A program made the translations under genes and the position numbers. Source: Octopus sinensis (Eukaryota). From it: a DNA stretch of 64,000 bases. The DNA lies in the NCBI RefSeq assembly GCF_006345805.1, contig NC_042999.1:52638001-52702000 (forward strand), given 5' to 3'. Within the stretch, counting starts at the first letter, position 1, and the number at the start of each line of letters is the position of its first letter. Shown here piece after piece: positions 1 through 12,030 of the stretch. The notes under the pieces are model-generated. The model had not been told where the DNA came from. It saw nothing but the letters and a program-made list of their open reading frames with translations, and searched no databases.

Positions 1-260
1 CTCTCCAATATCCTTCCTAAATGCCCGAGAGACCTGCATGGTGTGGATGTAGGTTTCTTTAAAACTAAACTGGATATCTTCTTGTCGGGGGTCCCAGATG
101 AACCTATCTCTCGGCAGGAAGCACATATGCAGGCAGCGGCATCGAACTCCCTTGTTGATCAAGTGCCATGTTTCACATACTAGTGTAGCTCATTTAACGG
201 TATTGCCCCAGCATGGCCGCAGCCTTCGGGCTGAAACATTTTTAAGGATTTAAGGATTTA
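1..260 (+). mobile_element. 3' end of a CR1/L2-group LINE (RT C-terminus, 3' UTR, short tandem tail)
   Basis: Frame 1 from base 1 reads LSNILPKCPRDLHGVDVGFFKTKLDIFLSGVPDEP...AAASNSLVDQ* (stop at 181-183), the typical LxNxLP...FKxxLDxFLxxVPDEP C-terminus of CR1/L2-group LINEs. It ends in a (TTTAAGGA)n-like tail at ~241-260. Confidence 0.75.
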
Positions 261-567
261 TACACACACATACGCATTTCGTTTTTGTATCTGGTTTGTA
301 AGATCTTTTATGAAAATTCTTGTGTTGAAACAAATTTCGCTTTGTCCGGGGAGAGTCATGCTGCCTTAATATCTAACACACTCACTGGTTCAATTTGCAC
401 TCATTTACTATTGAAATTTTTTTCTTTTCGGTTCTTTTTTCCTCTCTGTTTTCTTTCTCTTTTGCTTGTTTTCTTCTATATAAATGATAAATGTGTGGAA
501 ATTAAAACTGAGCGTGTTAAATATTAAGGGAGTATGACTATCCCCAGACAAAAGGATATATATATAT

Positions 568-775
568 GAGGGCGCATGGGTTACCGGTTAAGCTGTTCCA
601 CTCACAATCTAGCGGACATGATTTCAATTCCTACACTGAGTGGTGCGTTGTGTTCTTGAGCAAAAAAACTTCATCTCACGTTGCTTTGCACCTGTAAACT
701 ATAAACAAATCATTTGTGCAGGTCATCTGGCGAAAACTGAATACTCATACGTCATCTAAAACAGGAGAGCCCATC
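568..775 (+). mobile_element. tRNA-derived SINE (family with GTGTTCTTGAGCAAAACACTT body), degenerate
   Basis: GGCGCATGG...GGTTA A-box-like and GATTTCAATTCC B-box-like head followed by GTGTTCTTGAGC. Related copies at 11755, 14989, 17818 and (minus) ~44190. Confidence 0.6.
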
Positions 776-791
776 ACATATATATGTGTGT

Positions 792-831
<40 letters not shown>

Positions 832-1770
832 ACACATAGATAATTAAATACTTAAATAGGTAGGTAGATAGATTGATAGATAGATATGGATGTGCGTCCG
901 CTATATCTGATATATGTAAATGTTTATATCTAATATGCTAGCTAATGTCAAATATAAATATCTTTATAAACATTTGGCGCCTGATTTAGCTTGCAATAAA
1001 CTGGTATAAGAGGTGGCTTATTGCTATAGACAAAAACAGAAGCAATTTTGGAATTGGTAATTTTAGATAAGTTAGTGAAGGCTAAGAAAGATAGGTTTGT
1101 AGTTTATATCTTTGTGAGAAGAACGAACAAAAGTTTTTTATGTTGAAGCACTTTCTGTATCTCACATCTTCCAGTTGACGCTTTTTTTTATATATTTACC
1201 TGCAAAATCTGGCAGTTTGCAGATAGACGTTCAACAATAGAAGTGAAGATTTATTTGTAGAACATAGGTTATCCATGCAATCAAACGGCAAAGAAATCGT
1301 GGTTCGAAATCACTCGATGAATTCAAGCATATATTCACCTTTACTCTAGTGTCTAAGACTGGATGTATAAAACTTAAAAAGAAAGGTACGGTTTCAATTG
1401 TCTGTTATAATACTTTCAGTCCTATGACATAAACTTCAGCATTACATTTTCGAACGGAAAACATGTGTATTAAGAACTACAAGTTTTGAGGCACACACAG
1501 GCACGCGCGCGCACACGCACACAAAAGCACGCGCGCGCACACGCACACACACACACACACACACACATGCGTGTGTATGTTTGTATGTGTGTAATTGCGT
1601 TTGCTTATATATAACTTATATATGAAAAACAATTTAACATTGAAAAGAAAAATCAGTGAAATTTAGGATGATTACATAACTATTGTTGACTGTAACTTCG
1701 AATTTTTGGCTTTCTTGCCATAATCATCATTATCTCTCTCTCTCTCTCTCTCTCTCTCACATACTTGTAT

Positions 1771-2170
1771 ATGTGTGGCTGTGTGGTAATTTGCTTGCTT
1801 GCCAACCACATTGTTTCGGGTTCAGTCCCACTGCGTGGCACCTTGAACAAGTGTATTCTACTACAGCCTCAGACAGACTGGATTTGGTAAAGGGAAACTG
1901 AAAGAAGCCAGTCGTATACATATATGCATGTATATATATATGTGTGTGTCTGTGTATGTGTTTGTTGTCTGTGTCTGTGTTTGCCGCCCTACCAACCCTT
2001 GACAACCAATCTTGGTGTGCTTAGGTGCCCGTAATATAGCCGTTCGGCAAAAGAGACCGATAGAATAAGTACTAGGCTTACAAAGAATAAGACCTGGGAT
2101 CGATTTATTCGACTAAACGTGGTGCTCCAGCATGGCCACAGTCAAATGACTGAAACAAGTAAAAGAATAA
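1771..2170 (+). mobile_element. CORE-type tRNA-derived SINE, near full length
   Basis: Head TGGCTGTGTGGTAA...GGTTCAGTCCC, CORE-like GGCACCTTGAACAAGTG, central (TA/TG)n, 3' end GGTGCTCCAGCATGGCC...ACAAGTAAAAGAATAAAA. The same family recurs at 34515, 38715, 40675 and 47945. Confidence 0.8.
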
Positions 2171-2293
2171 AACACACACACACACACACACATACATATG
2201 TATATATATATATTATATGTATATGTATGTATATATACATACTTACATGCATATACATATATATATATAAATGCATACACACACACAAACACA

Positions 2294-2350
<57 letters not shown>

Positions 2351-3019
2351 ATGTTAATCTTTGTTTTGATGTTCAGTTATAATAGAATTAATCTTGCATT
2401 AAGCTGATAAAGTATTCTATACTGCTATAGAGTACTAGTTTATCATTCTTAAGCAAGGATATTACTGACAGTGACTTCGAAATTTCGGCCAGTTAACGCA
2501 ATCCGACAAGGGCTTATCTGGCTGAAACTTTGAAATCACTACCAATACTATTCTTGTTTAAGAATAATAAATATATATATATCTTTTATATTTTAAAATA
2601 TATATGTATATACATACATAAACGTGTGTGCGTACGATGATGAAGTGAGGCAACAATAAAGCTAGTCTGCACTATGTCCCTCCCACTATCACCAAACCTG
2701 GAGACAGGCAATCTCGAAACGAACGTCTTCGCCTCACCACGTCTTCCATCCCCTCTTCCACCATTCATATTATTTAATAAAGTTTAATTAAAAGACAAAC
2801 GAAAAATATACGATAAGCAATGATATACATTTTGGGTTTATGTGGAAGAAAGCAGTCAAAAAAGAAAAAGATTGCATTCTTGAAATATACAGACTTCTCC
2901 TTAGCATCGACCCTAGAACGTAACTGCTACATAATATATCGACTCCGAAAGGATGAAAGGCAATGACCTCGGCGGAATTTGAAAAAAAAAAAAAACGTTA
3001 AGCATTTCGACCTGTATCC

Positions 3020-3083
<64 letters not shown>

Positions 3084-3110
3084 GATAATAATAATAATAA
3101 TAATGATAAT

Positions 3111-3729
3111 AAATAGCCTAATGCAGTACCAGACGGTGGCATTCGTGGCGTCTGATCTTAACTGATTGGAAGTGTTAACATGTACATTGTTATGTCTTGG
3201 TATAAAAGATGGGCTACAGCATATATTCTGCTCAATACCACAGATTTGCTTGTCAGTTGTTTGATCTTAACCAGTTGAAAATGTCCCTTGGTGGATGACA
3301 ATATGTGCATCTCTGATCACGAGCAGAAGTAGTGGGGGAGCATCAAATACCCCGATGCAGTACCAAGCAGTGGCTCTCGTGGATTCTGATCTAAATTAAT
3401 TGGCGGAGCATCATAGTCATGTGTTGAGAGGGATTCTTTAGGGTTGAAAATTCACCTCTTGTAACATGGGTGTTTCGTTCAACATCCTTAAACAACCCTT
3501 ATTGAGGGACCTTTTGAGTCGGGTGGGTTACTCCATCAGAAGAAAATTCTTACTGGGCGCCACCTGCAAGACCATGTGCTGTTTATTTTGATCTGAGATC
3601 ACCATGCTGGTTGTGATTGTGATGCATGTGCGTAGTGTATCCTTATCAGGCGGGTAGTGATGATGGATATACTGGGCTTCGTATATTTTACCCAGTGTCA
3701 CTTTGATGGCATTCGCTGCTCTCTCACTC
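3111..3729 (+). mobile_element. Non-coding (AAT)n-flanked interspersed element ('element A')
   Basis: Begins AAAT(G/A)GCCTAATGCAGTACCAG and ends CTGCTCTCTCACTC-(AAT)n. Homologous copies at 6707-7328 and, reversed, at 53126-53176, 53207-53646, 54413-54715 and 57890-58312. Confidence 0.8.
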
Positions 3730-3742
3730 AATAATAATAATG

Positions 3743-3776
<34 letters not shown>

Positions 3777-3818
3777 GAAGAAGAAGAAGAAGAAGAAGAA
3801 TAAGAAGAATAATAATAA

Positions 3819-4001
3819 TCTTTTCTACTCCAGGTACAAGGCCCGAAATTTTTGGGGAGGGGACCAGTCGATTAGATCGGCCCCTGATTGCAACGGGTGC
3901 TTAATTTTTCGACCCCGAAAGGATGAAAGGCTAAGTCGACTTCGGTGGTATTTGAACTCAGAACGTAAAGAGACAAGATAGCACTAAATACTTCGTTCGG
4001 T
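3819..4001 (-). mobile_element. tRNA-derived SINE fragment (GAGCTGGCAGAA family)
   Basis: Reverse complement contains TTCTGAGTTCAAAT...GTCGAC...CTTTCATCCTTTCGGGGTCG, the body of the most abundant SINE in the window. Duplicated at 7406-7588. Confidence 0.75.
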
Positions 4002-4002
4002 A

Positions 4003-4078
<76 letters not shown>

Positions 4079-4079
<1 letters not shown>

Positions 4080-6664
4080 GTTCTACCAAAAAGTTCTACC
4101 AAGAACTGGGCAAAAATAAAATAGAAGTCACTGCAGCACCAACGGCAGAAGAATTGGAAGAATTCTGGAGAGAAATATGGTCGGCGAACGAACCACCAAA
4201 AAAAAAGGAGTATCAAAATAACAAACTCGGCATCTGAACAACTTTGGACCCCCATAACAACTGAAGAAGTCACCAGGCACTGCAAAAACTAAGCAACTGG
4301 AAGGCACCTGGGCATGACAGATCCCCAACTTCTGGTTGAAATATCTAACAGGAATGCACAAAAAGCTGGCTGAAAACTTTAACAACGTACTAGCAGAGCC
4401 GAGACAATGCCTGAATGGCTCACGAAGGGGAAAACCATCTTAATTCCCAAATCAAATGAAACAGAAAAACCAGAAAACTACAGACCAATAACCTGCCTCC
4501 CTACTATGTTCAAGGCATTTACTGCAGTGATATCACAAAGGCTGAACAAGCACCTGGACGAAAACAAACTGTTCCAGAAGAGGAGAAAGGATGCCGCAAG
4601 GGCTCATATGGCTGTAAAGATCAACTAATGATTAATAAAGCCATAACTGAAGACAGCCACAGAAAGAAGAAAGGCCTCAGTATGGCCTGGATTGACTACA
4701 AAAAGGCGTTTTGATAGCATCCCCACACATGGATCCTCGAAACACTAGCCATTAACAAAGTAGCACACAACAATCATAAAATTCATAGAGCACTCTATGA
4801 ATAAATGGCAAACAGTCCTACACCTCCAAACAAAAGAGGGACTCATGAAAACCAAAGACATCCCTATTAGAAGAGGAATATTCCAGGGAGACACGCTCTC
4901 TCCACTCCTTTTCTGCTTGGCACTGTCACCTCTATCTGATATGCTAAATAGAACTGGATGCGGATATAAATGTTACGGCAAACGCAACGATCAGCAACCT
5001 TTTATATATGGATGACCTAAAACTATACACTGCAAATGACAAACAGCTGGAAACACTATTAAAGACAGTTCATGGATTTACCAAAGAAATAGATATGAAT
5101 TTTGGATTAGAAAAATGCGCCAAAGTAACCATGAAAAGAGGAAAACTAGTTAAGAGTAACAACATCACACTAGATGAAGCAAATGAAATAAAAGAATTAG
5201 ACCAAAGCCAAACTTACAAATACTTAGGAATTCATGAACTAGATAAGACACAACACACACAAATGAAAGAGAAAATAAAAAAGAATATTATAGACGAGTT
5301 AGATCAATACTAAACACAGAGCTCAATGCTAAAAACAAGATATAGGTATTAACACTTTAGCTGTCCCAGTTATAAGTTACAGCTACAATATCCTTAACTG
5401 GACACGAAATGAACTGACCAAAATAGACAGGAAAACAAGAAAAATAATGACAGGATCTAGGATGCAGCATCACCCAAAATCTGACATAGAAAGACTATAT
5501 ATACAACGTATAGAAGGTGGTAGAGGCCTTATACAGCTGGAAAACTACTATAAAATAACCACCATAGGACTGCAAAAATATCTACTTCAGAAGGAAGGAA
5601 AACTGATCCAGATAGCGGCAAAACACGAGCAAACAAAAAACTGTTCTCAGTATTTAAGGAAGCTGACAAATACAAACAAGAAATCATACCACCTAATAAA
5701 CATGAAGAAGAAGAAGATGAAGAAACAACAAAAGCTATAAAAAAAATGAAATCCAAACTAAAAATAGAACAGCAACGAACCATGATAAAACGATGGCAAG
5801 AAAAGCCCCTTCATGGTAAATACTGGACTAAACTAAACGCAAAAGAAATAGACAAAGAAAAATCCCAGCAATGGTTGAGAAGCTCAGGACTCAAAGCAGC
5901 AACAGAGGGATTTTTAATTGCAGCACAAGACCAAAGCCTCCCCACCAGAAATTACCAAAAACATGTAATGAAAAAAATATTACAAGTAACTGCAGAATAT
6001 GTGGAGATGGACAAGAAACAATAAATCATATTATCTCTAGCTGCCCAGTGCTGGCTAAGAAGGAATATATTCACAGACATGACAGAGTTGGAACCTACAT
6101 ACATTGGAAGCTATGCCAACATTATGGAATAACAACAGAAAAAAGATGGTATAGGCACACACCAGAAAAGGTCACAGAAAACGAGAAAGCAACCATACTC
6201 TGGGATATGCCGATACACACAGATAGAGAAATTAAGGCCAACAGACCAGATATAGTTGTCAGAGACCATGAAGAAAAAAAATGCTTTCTAATTGATGTAT
6301 CAGTACCGGCAGATGACAACGTGTCTCTAAAAGAAATGGAGAAACTCTCAAAATACAAAGACCTGGAAATAGAGGTAACTAGAATGTGGAATCTGAAAAC
6401 AGAAACAATTCCTATCATAGTAGGTGCATTAGGCATGATAAAAAAATATTCAGACAAATACATAACAAAAACACCAGGACTTACAAACACATATAACATA
6501 CAGAAAGTTGCACTATTAGGCACTGCACACATCCTACGCAGAACACTTTCCATACAATAACCATCAGAGCATCACAACAAATCACAGCACATACCCAAGG
6601 CACACAGAGCTGCGCTCGGTAGTGAAGTGAAAGCACGCTATAAAAAATAAAAATAAAACTACTG
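4079..6664 (+). mobile_element. R4/Dong-clade non-LTR retrotransposon (RT + CCHC + restriction-like endonuclease), 5'-truncated, frameshifted
   Basis: RT motifs GKTILIPK, NYRPITCLPT, WIDYKKAF, RGIFQGDTLSP, YMDDLKLY, FGLEKC, YKYLG. Then HPKSDIERLY...GGRGL, LHGKY, AAQDQSL, CRICG...ETINHIISSC (CCHC), RHD and ILWD...NRPDIV...LIDVSVP...KLSKY (PD-(D/E)xK RLE). ORF stop at 6560. Flanked by (AAT)n on both sides. Confidence 0.95.
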
Positions 6665-7341
6665 AATAATAATAATAACGATAATAATAATAATAATAAT
6701 GATAATAAATGGCCTAATGCAGTACCAGACGGTGGCATTCGTGGCGTCTGATCTTAACTGATTGGAAGTGTTAACATGTACATTGTTATGTCTTGGTATA
6801 AAAGATGGGCTACAGCATATATTCTGCTCAATACCACAGATTTGCTTGTCAGTTGTTTGATCTTAACCAGTTGAAAATGTCCCTTGGTGGATGACAATAT
6901 GTGCATCTCTGATCACGAGCAGAAGTAGTGGGGGAGCATCAAATACCCCGATGCAGTACCAAGCAGTGGCTCTCGTGGATTCTGATCTAAATTAATTGGC
7001 GGAGCATCATAGTCATGTGTTGAGAGGGATTCTTTAGGGTTTGAATAATTCACCTCTTGTAACATGGGTGTTTCGTTCAACATCCTTAAACAACCCTTAT
7101 TGAGGGACCTTTTGAGTCGGGTGGGTTACTCCATCAGAAGAAAATTCTTACTGGGCGCCACCTGCAAGACCATGTGCTGTTTATTTTGATCTGAGATCAC
7201 CATGCTGGTTGTGATTGTGATGCATGTGCGTAGTGTATCCTTATCAGGCGGGTAGTGATGATGGATATACTGGGCTTCGTATATTTTACCCCAGTGTCAC
7301 TTTGATGGCATGCGCTGCTCTCTCACTCAATAATAATAATG

Positions 7342-7406
<65 letters not shown>

Positions 7407-7587
7407 CTTTTCTACTCCAGGTACAAGGCCCGAAATTTTTGGGGAGGGGACCAGTCGATTAGATCGGCCCCTGAATGCAACGGGTGCTTAATCTTTCGAC
7501 CCCGAAAGGATGAAAGGCAAAGTCGACTTCGGTGGTATTTGAACTCAGAACGTAAAGAGACAAGATAGCACTAAATACTTCGTTCGG

Positions 7588-7588
<1 letters not shown>
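6665..7588 (+). repeat. Copy 2 of the ~930-bp direct duplication (contains element A 6707-7328 and SINE fragment 7406-7588)
   Basis: Only scattered substitutions/indels and microsatellite length differences versus 3073-4001. Confidence 0.9.
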
Positions 7589-7638
<50 letters not shown>

Positions 7639-7663
7639 TAATAATAATGATGATGATGATGAT

Positions 7664-7713
<50 letters not shown>

Positions 7714-7822
7714 TAATAATAATGATGATGATGATGATGATGATGATGATAATAATAATAATAATGATAATAATAATAATAATAATAATGATGATGATGA
7801 TGATGATGATGATGATAATGAT

Positions 7823-7875
<53 letters not shown>
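7589..7875. repeat. Compound (AAT)n/(GAT)n microsatellite
   Basis: Direct reading of the sequence. Confidence 0.95.
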
Positions 7876-7877
<2 letters not shown>

Positions 7878-8188
7878 TCTCATAAACTGAAGTAAAAAAA
7901 CAGGGGTATGTGTTTGTGTTGCCAATTACACTAGTTTGGCACAGATGAATTTTTTTTCGGCAACGGTGTTCGCTGTAACTTTGGCAGTAATTCTCAAAAT
8001 AGATGCGTAAATGTAAAGTGTCGGGTTACACTTTACTACACTTTACTGGTCCAAGAATCAGTTCTGAGAGATACCGTCTTCATCACCCCGTCTCACCCCT
8101 CTCATTCGACGTAACATTATTACTTGTGGCACAATACTACATGTACTTTGCAAATACAATTTCTACTGAGCTTTTTTTTTTTTTTAAA

Positions 8189-8610
8189 GCGGTGAGCTGG
8201 CAGAAACGTTAGCACGCCGGGCGATAAGCTGATCGCTATTTCGTCTGCCATTACGTTCTGAGTTCAAATTCCGCCGAGGTCGACTTTGCCTTTCATCCTT
8301 TCGGGGTCGATAAATTAAGTACCAGCTACGCACTGATCTCAATGTAATCGACTTAATCCTTTTGTCTGTCCTTGCTTGTCCCCTCTATGTTAAGCCCCTT
8401 GTGGGCAATAATGAAATAAGAAACATTAAAACGCTGGGCGAAATGCTTAGCGGTATTTCGTCTGTCTTTACGTTCTGAGTTCAAATTCCGCCGAAGTCGA
8501 TCTTGCCTTTCACCCTTTCGAGGTCGATGAATTAAGAACTAGTGGCGTACTGGGGTCGATCTAATCGAATGAACCCTCCTCCACATTTTTTGCCGAGGAC
8601 AGAAAAGAAT
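8189..8610 (+). mobile_element. Two tandem tRNA-derived SINE units (GAGCTGGCAGAA family)
   Basis: GCGGTGAGCTGGCAGAAACGTTAGC head, GAGTTCAAATTCC B-box, AAGAAA tail, then a second partial unit. Confidence 0.85.
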
Positions 8611-9589
8611 TTCTACTCAGCTTTTGTAACATAAGACCTTTAGATTTCTTTTAAATCAGTGTTTCTTAACCATGTTTTGCCTGTAGACGTTCTTCGATTC
8701 CCATATTACTCTACAAGACTCCCTTATCAATTCGGTTAAGGAATCATGTTAAATTTTTATAATTAAATTTTATAACAAATCGTATTAAAAATTGCTAAAA
8801 TAATTTGTGGACGGTGAAACTAATTTATAGCACAAATTATAACAACAAAATCTAAGGTGGACCCTAAGGGCCATATGAAACCTGGCTCCGAATCACTGTT
8901 TTGGACTCTATTTCGGTGTTAAAAACTTATGGAACGAACTAATGCGGGTGCCTCTATATGTTCGATAGACCAGCTAGAAATAGAAACGTAATCTCCCAAA
9001 TCTCACAATACTTCTTTAAAATGAAGGACATATTTCATAATTTAGTCGTGGTTCTCTGAAAAATAGAAAAGAAAAATTGGATAATCCCGGTTAGACTAGA
9101 TTTGTGTGACTGACTCAGCACCAAGAACAAGAACAGCGTTAGGAAAAGCAATAACAACAGCAGCAGCAACAACAACAACAACAGCAGTAGTAATTGTGAC
9201 AGCAGCAACAACAAAAGCATCACCATCATCACCATCATCATCATCATCAGCAGCAGCAGCAGCAGCACCAACAACAACAACAACAGCAAGAAGAAGACAA
9301 CGATAATACCTGTTGCAATCCTGTTTCCCATTTTGGTATTACACAGTTGTTAAAAGAAATTCCTTTAATCCAATGTTTAGAAATCTTGGACAGATTCACA
9401 AATTATTTCATGGGAATTCTTTTCGCAGTAATTCCGGTGTGGTTTTAGTTAAATTCTCAAGAACTTCAACAAACAAATAAATCTTGATATCTGTTTGTGA
9501 TTGTGTATGAACATGGAAGTTGGTTCAGAGAAACGTGTAAATGGAACTATACGCATCTTCGTTCTGTTACACACACACACACACGAACC

Positions 9590-9850
9590 TATGCGCAGAT
9601 TAAGAGCATCTAACTGCCAATGGCGAGCGACTATGACTAGTCACCAAGCACAATGATTTCCTAATTTCATTAGTGGGCCGCAAGATGTGATCGCTGGCGA
9701 TATTGATGAAACAGCACCCGTTCGGCCCATATTTAAAACCGAAAAGACAGCAACCAGGTGAAACGAAGCGTGTTGCTCAAAGAGGCAACGTGACCCCGCG
9801 TAGCCTACCAATTGAACCCAAGACCTTAAGATCATGAGCCGATCACTCTT
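9590..9850 (-). mobile_element. Degenerate tRNA-derived SINE
   Basis: Minus strand has a tRNA-like head (...CTCATGATCTTAAGGTCTTGGGTTCAATT) followed by TTGAGCAACACGCTT. Confidence 0.5.
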
Positions 9851-9960
9851 AGCACAAAGATCAGCTCCTTCATTAAATATGCATACATATATATACATGC
9901 ATGTATACATACATACATATATACATATATACATATATATATACATATATATACATACGT

Positions 9961-10272
9961 AGAGGCGCAATGTCCCAGTGGTTAGGGTAGCGGACTCGCG
10001 GTCGTAAGATCGCGGTATCGATTCCCAGACCGGGCGTTGTGAGTGTTTATTGAGCGAAAACACCTAAAGCTCCACGACGCTCCGGCAGGGGGTGGTGGCG
10101 ATCCCCGCTGTACTCTTTCGCCAAAAACATTCTCCCACTCTTTCTTCTGTTGGCCTGCTCGCTTAGCCAGCGAGGTGGCGTCATTTGAAGGCTAAAACAA
10201 TGCGAACCGCATTATGACCAGCGATGTGTAGCAACATCTGATAGCCTGGTCGGTCACGGTGATCACGGTGAT
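9961..10272 (+). mobile_element. tRNA-derived SINE (GGCGCAATGGCCCAGTGG family), full length
   Basis: A-box TGTCCCAGTGG, B-box GTATCGATTCC, body TTATTGAGCGAAAACACCTAAAGCTCC, tail (CACGGTGAT)2. Reverse copy of the head at ~13500-13636. Confidence 0.8.
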
Positions 10273-10729
10273 ATATACATATATACATACATTCATATAT
10301 ATATATATATATGTATGTATATATGTATATATGTATGTATGTATGCATGTATACATATATACATATACATATTACTTTTGTCGTACATTTTAAATTATGC
10401 AGAAATAAGCATCCTTATAATGCACAGTTAGTTCATAAATATGTTTCATCAGCGCTCTACGTACATTTTTGGTAAACATTAAACTCAAACCCAGAATGTA
10501 AATAAATTAGTTTTTAAGAAGTATACAGAAAGCTACACAAGTCTGTGTGTTAATATTTATGGCTATGCGAAATGTATACAGTCAGACATGTGTATATATA
10601 CATACCTATGCCCACGCGCACGCAGACGTATGTGTGTGTGATATACATACATATGTACATACATACATCCATACATACACATATTTATATACTTATATAT
10701 TTATTTATTATATTTGTGTATATAGGTAT

Positions 10730-10761
<32 letters not shown>

Positions 10762-10770
10762 ATATATATA

Positions 10771-10815
<45 letters not shown>

Positions 10816-11074
10816 CATATATACATTTATATCTACATGTATTTACGTATACGTGTATAAGAATACACACAGTTATATTTATCTTTATATTTAAACATAT
10901 AAATGTCGTCTTTGTAAATTTCCGGTAACTTCATTTTCCGGTTTACACGTACATTTTAGAAAACACACACACACATACACACAAGCACATGCAGACGCAT
11001 ATGCACACGCACACACACACACATACACATACACACACGCGTCAGTACTGAAAAAGTCGCCCACGCTGCTGATG

Positions 11075-11310
11075 TTTGTGACCTTGTTGGAACAGTCTGC
11101 CAAACAGTGTGGTCGCAGCTCCATTAGTCAATGCCTTCAAGAACAGGCTTCACGCACACTGGAGGGAGCTTCCTGAAAAATTTGACCCTGTCTGTTACTA
11201 TTAGCTACAACTGTCGAGGTGTTGTACCGCACATGACATTAATTGTATTTGTGGAAAAGGACCTGTGAACAAGCTCCTAGGAGCTTCAACACGGAAACCA
11301 TCCAGTATCC
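11075..11310 (+). mobile_element. CR1 LINE 3' end fragment
   Basis: Translates PCWNSLPNSVVAAPLVNAFKNRLHAHW, matching the canonical CR1 C-terminal WNxLPxxVVxAxSVNxFKNRLDxHW. Confidence 0.75.
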
Positions 11311-11754
11311 AGTAAATGAAAACACAGATGTTTAAGCGGCGTTTGGGCACCGACGCCCTCTCCCCGAAAATGCTACACATTTAGTACCACTGCACACAAC
11401 CCATTTCTACAGAAGACCAACCCTAAAACACGCACACATTTCCCATAAACATTTTCCCAGAAAATTCATGTCGCCAGAGGAAGTGTTTAGGGCCACGGGA
11501 CATAACTCTCAACCCCTGCCCAATTCGCTTCGTCGTCTTTTCTCCAGCAACCATAAACCGGATGTGACTTTTTACCTCCAGCAATAGAGAGCAGTCGCTA
11601 TATTCCATAGCTGTCATATCTGAAGAGCGTAGGGTTATATAACCGGACTTCCACTTAACACTCCGTTGAACTCCTAATGCGAAACCAATTGGTAAGATCG
11701 ACTGAGATGAATATATAATACAGTACACTTTGATTAATCTGCTTATTGGATTGG

Positions 11755-12030
11755 GCTCATGGCCTAGCGGTTAGGGTGCTGCACTCACGATCGTTAGATC
11801 GCGGTTTCAGTTCGTAGACCGGGTGGTGCATTGTGTTCTTAAGGAAAACAATTCGTCTCACGTTGCTCTGCGATCACTTCGACGCCTAACACGTGATAGA
11901 CCGTGCATGTGTTGAGAGGGAGAGAGATAGAGAGAGAGAGCTAATGTGCAACACATGCATTTGATCACTATAAACAAAACATTTTTGTGCAGGTCTTTCG
12001 GCAAAAGCTGAATGCTCATACAGCATTATC
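11755..12030 (+). mobile_element. tRNA-derived SINE (same family as 568-775)
   Basis: GGCTCATGGCCTAGCGGTTAGG head and TTGTGTTCTT...CACGTTGCTCTG body. Confidence 0.65.

Larger units (their letters stand above)
3073..4001 (+). repeat. Copy 1 of a ~930-bp direct duplication flanking the Dong LINE
   Basis: Near-identical to 6665-7588, including the AACGATAAT marker in the microsatellite, the non-coding element with its private 60-bp insertion, and the reversed SINE fragment. Confidence 0.9.

Noticed and set aside
9961-10040. tRNA-like heads here and at 1771, 11755, 21103 and similar positions
   Set aside because: A/B boxes continue into SINE bodies present in several copies, with no complete cloverleaf. 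They are not tRNA genes.
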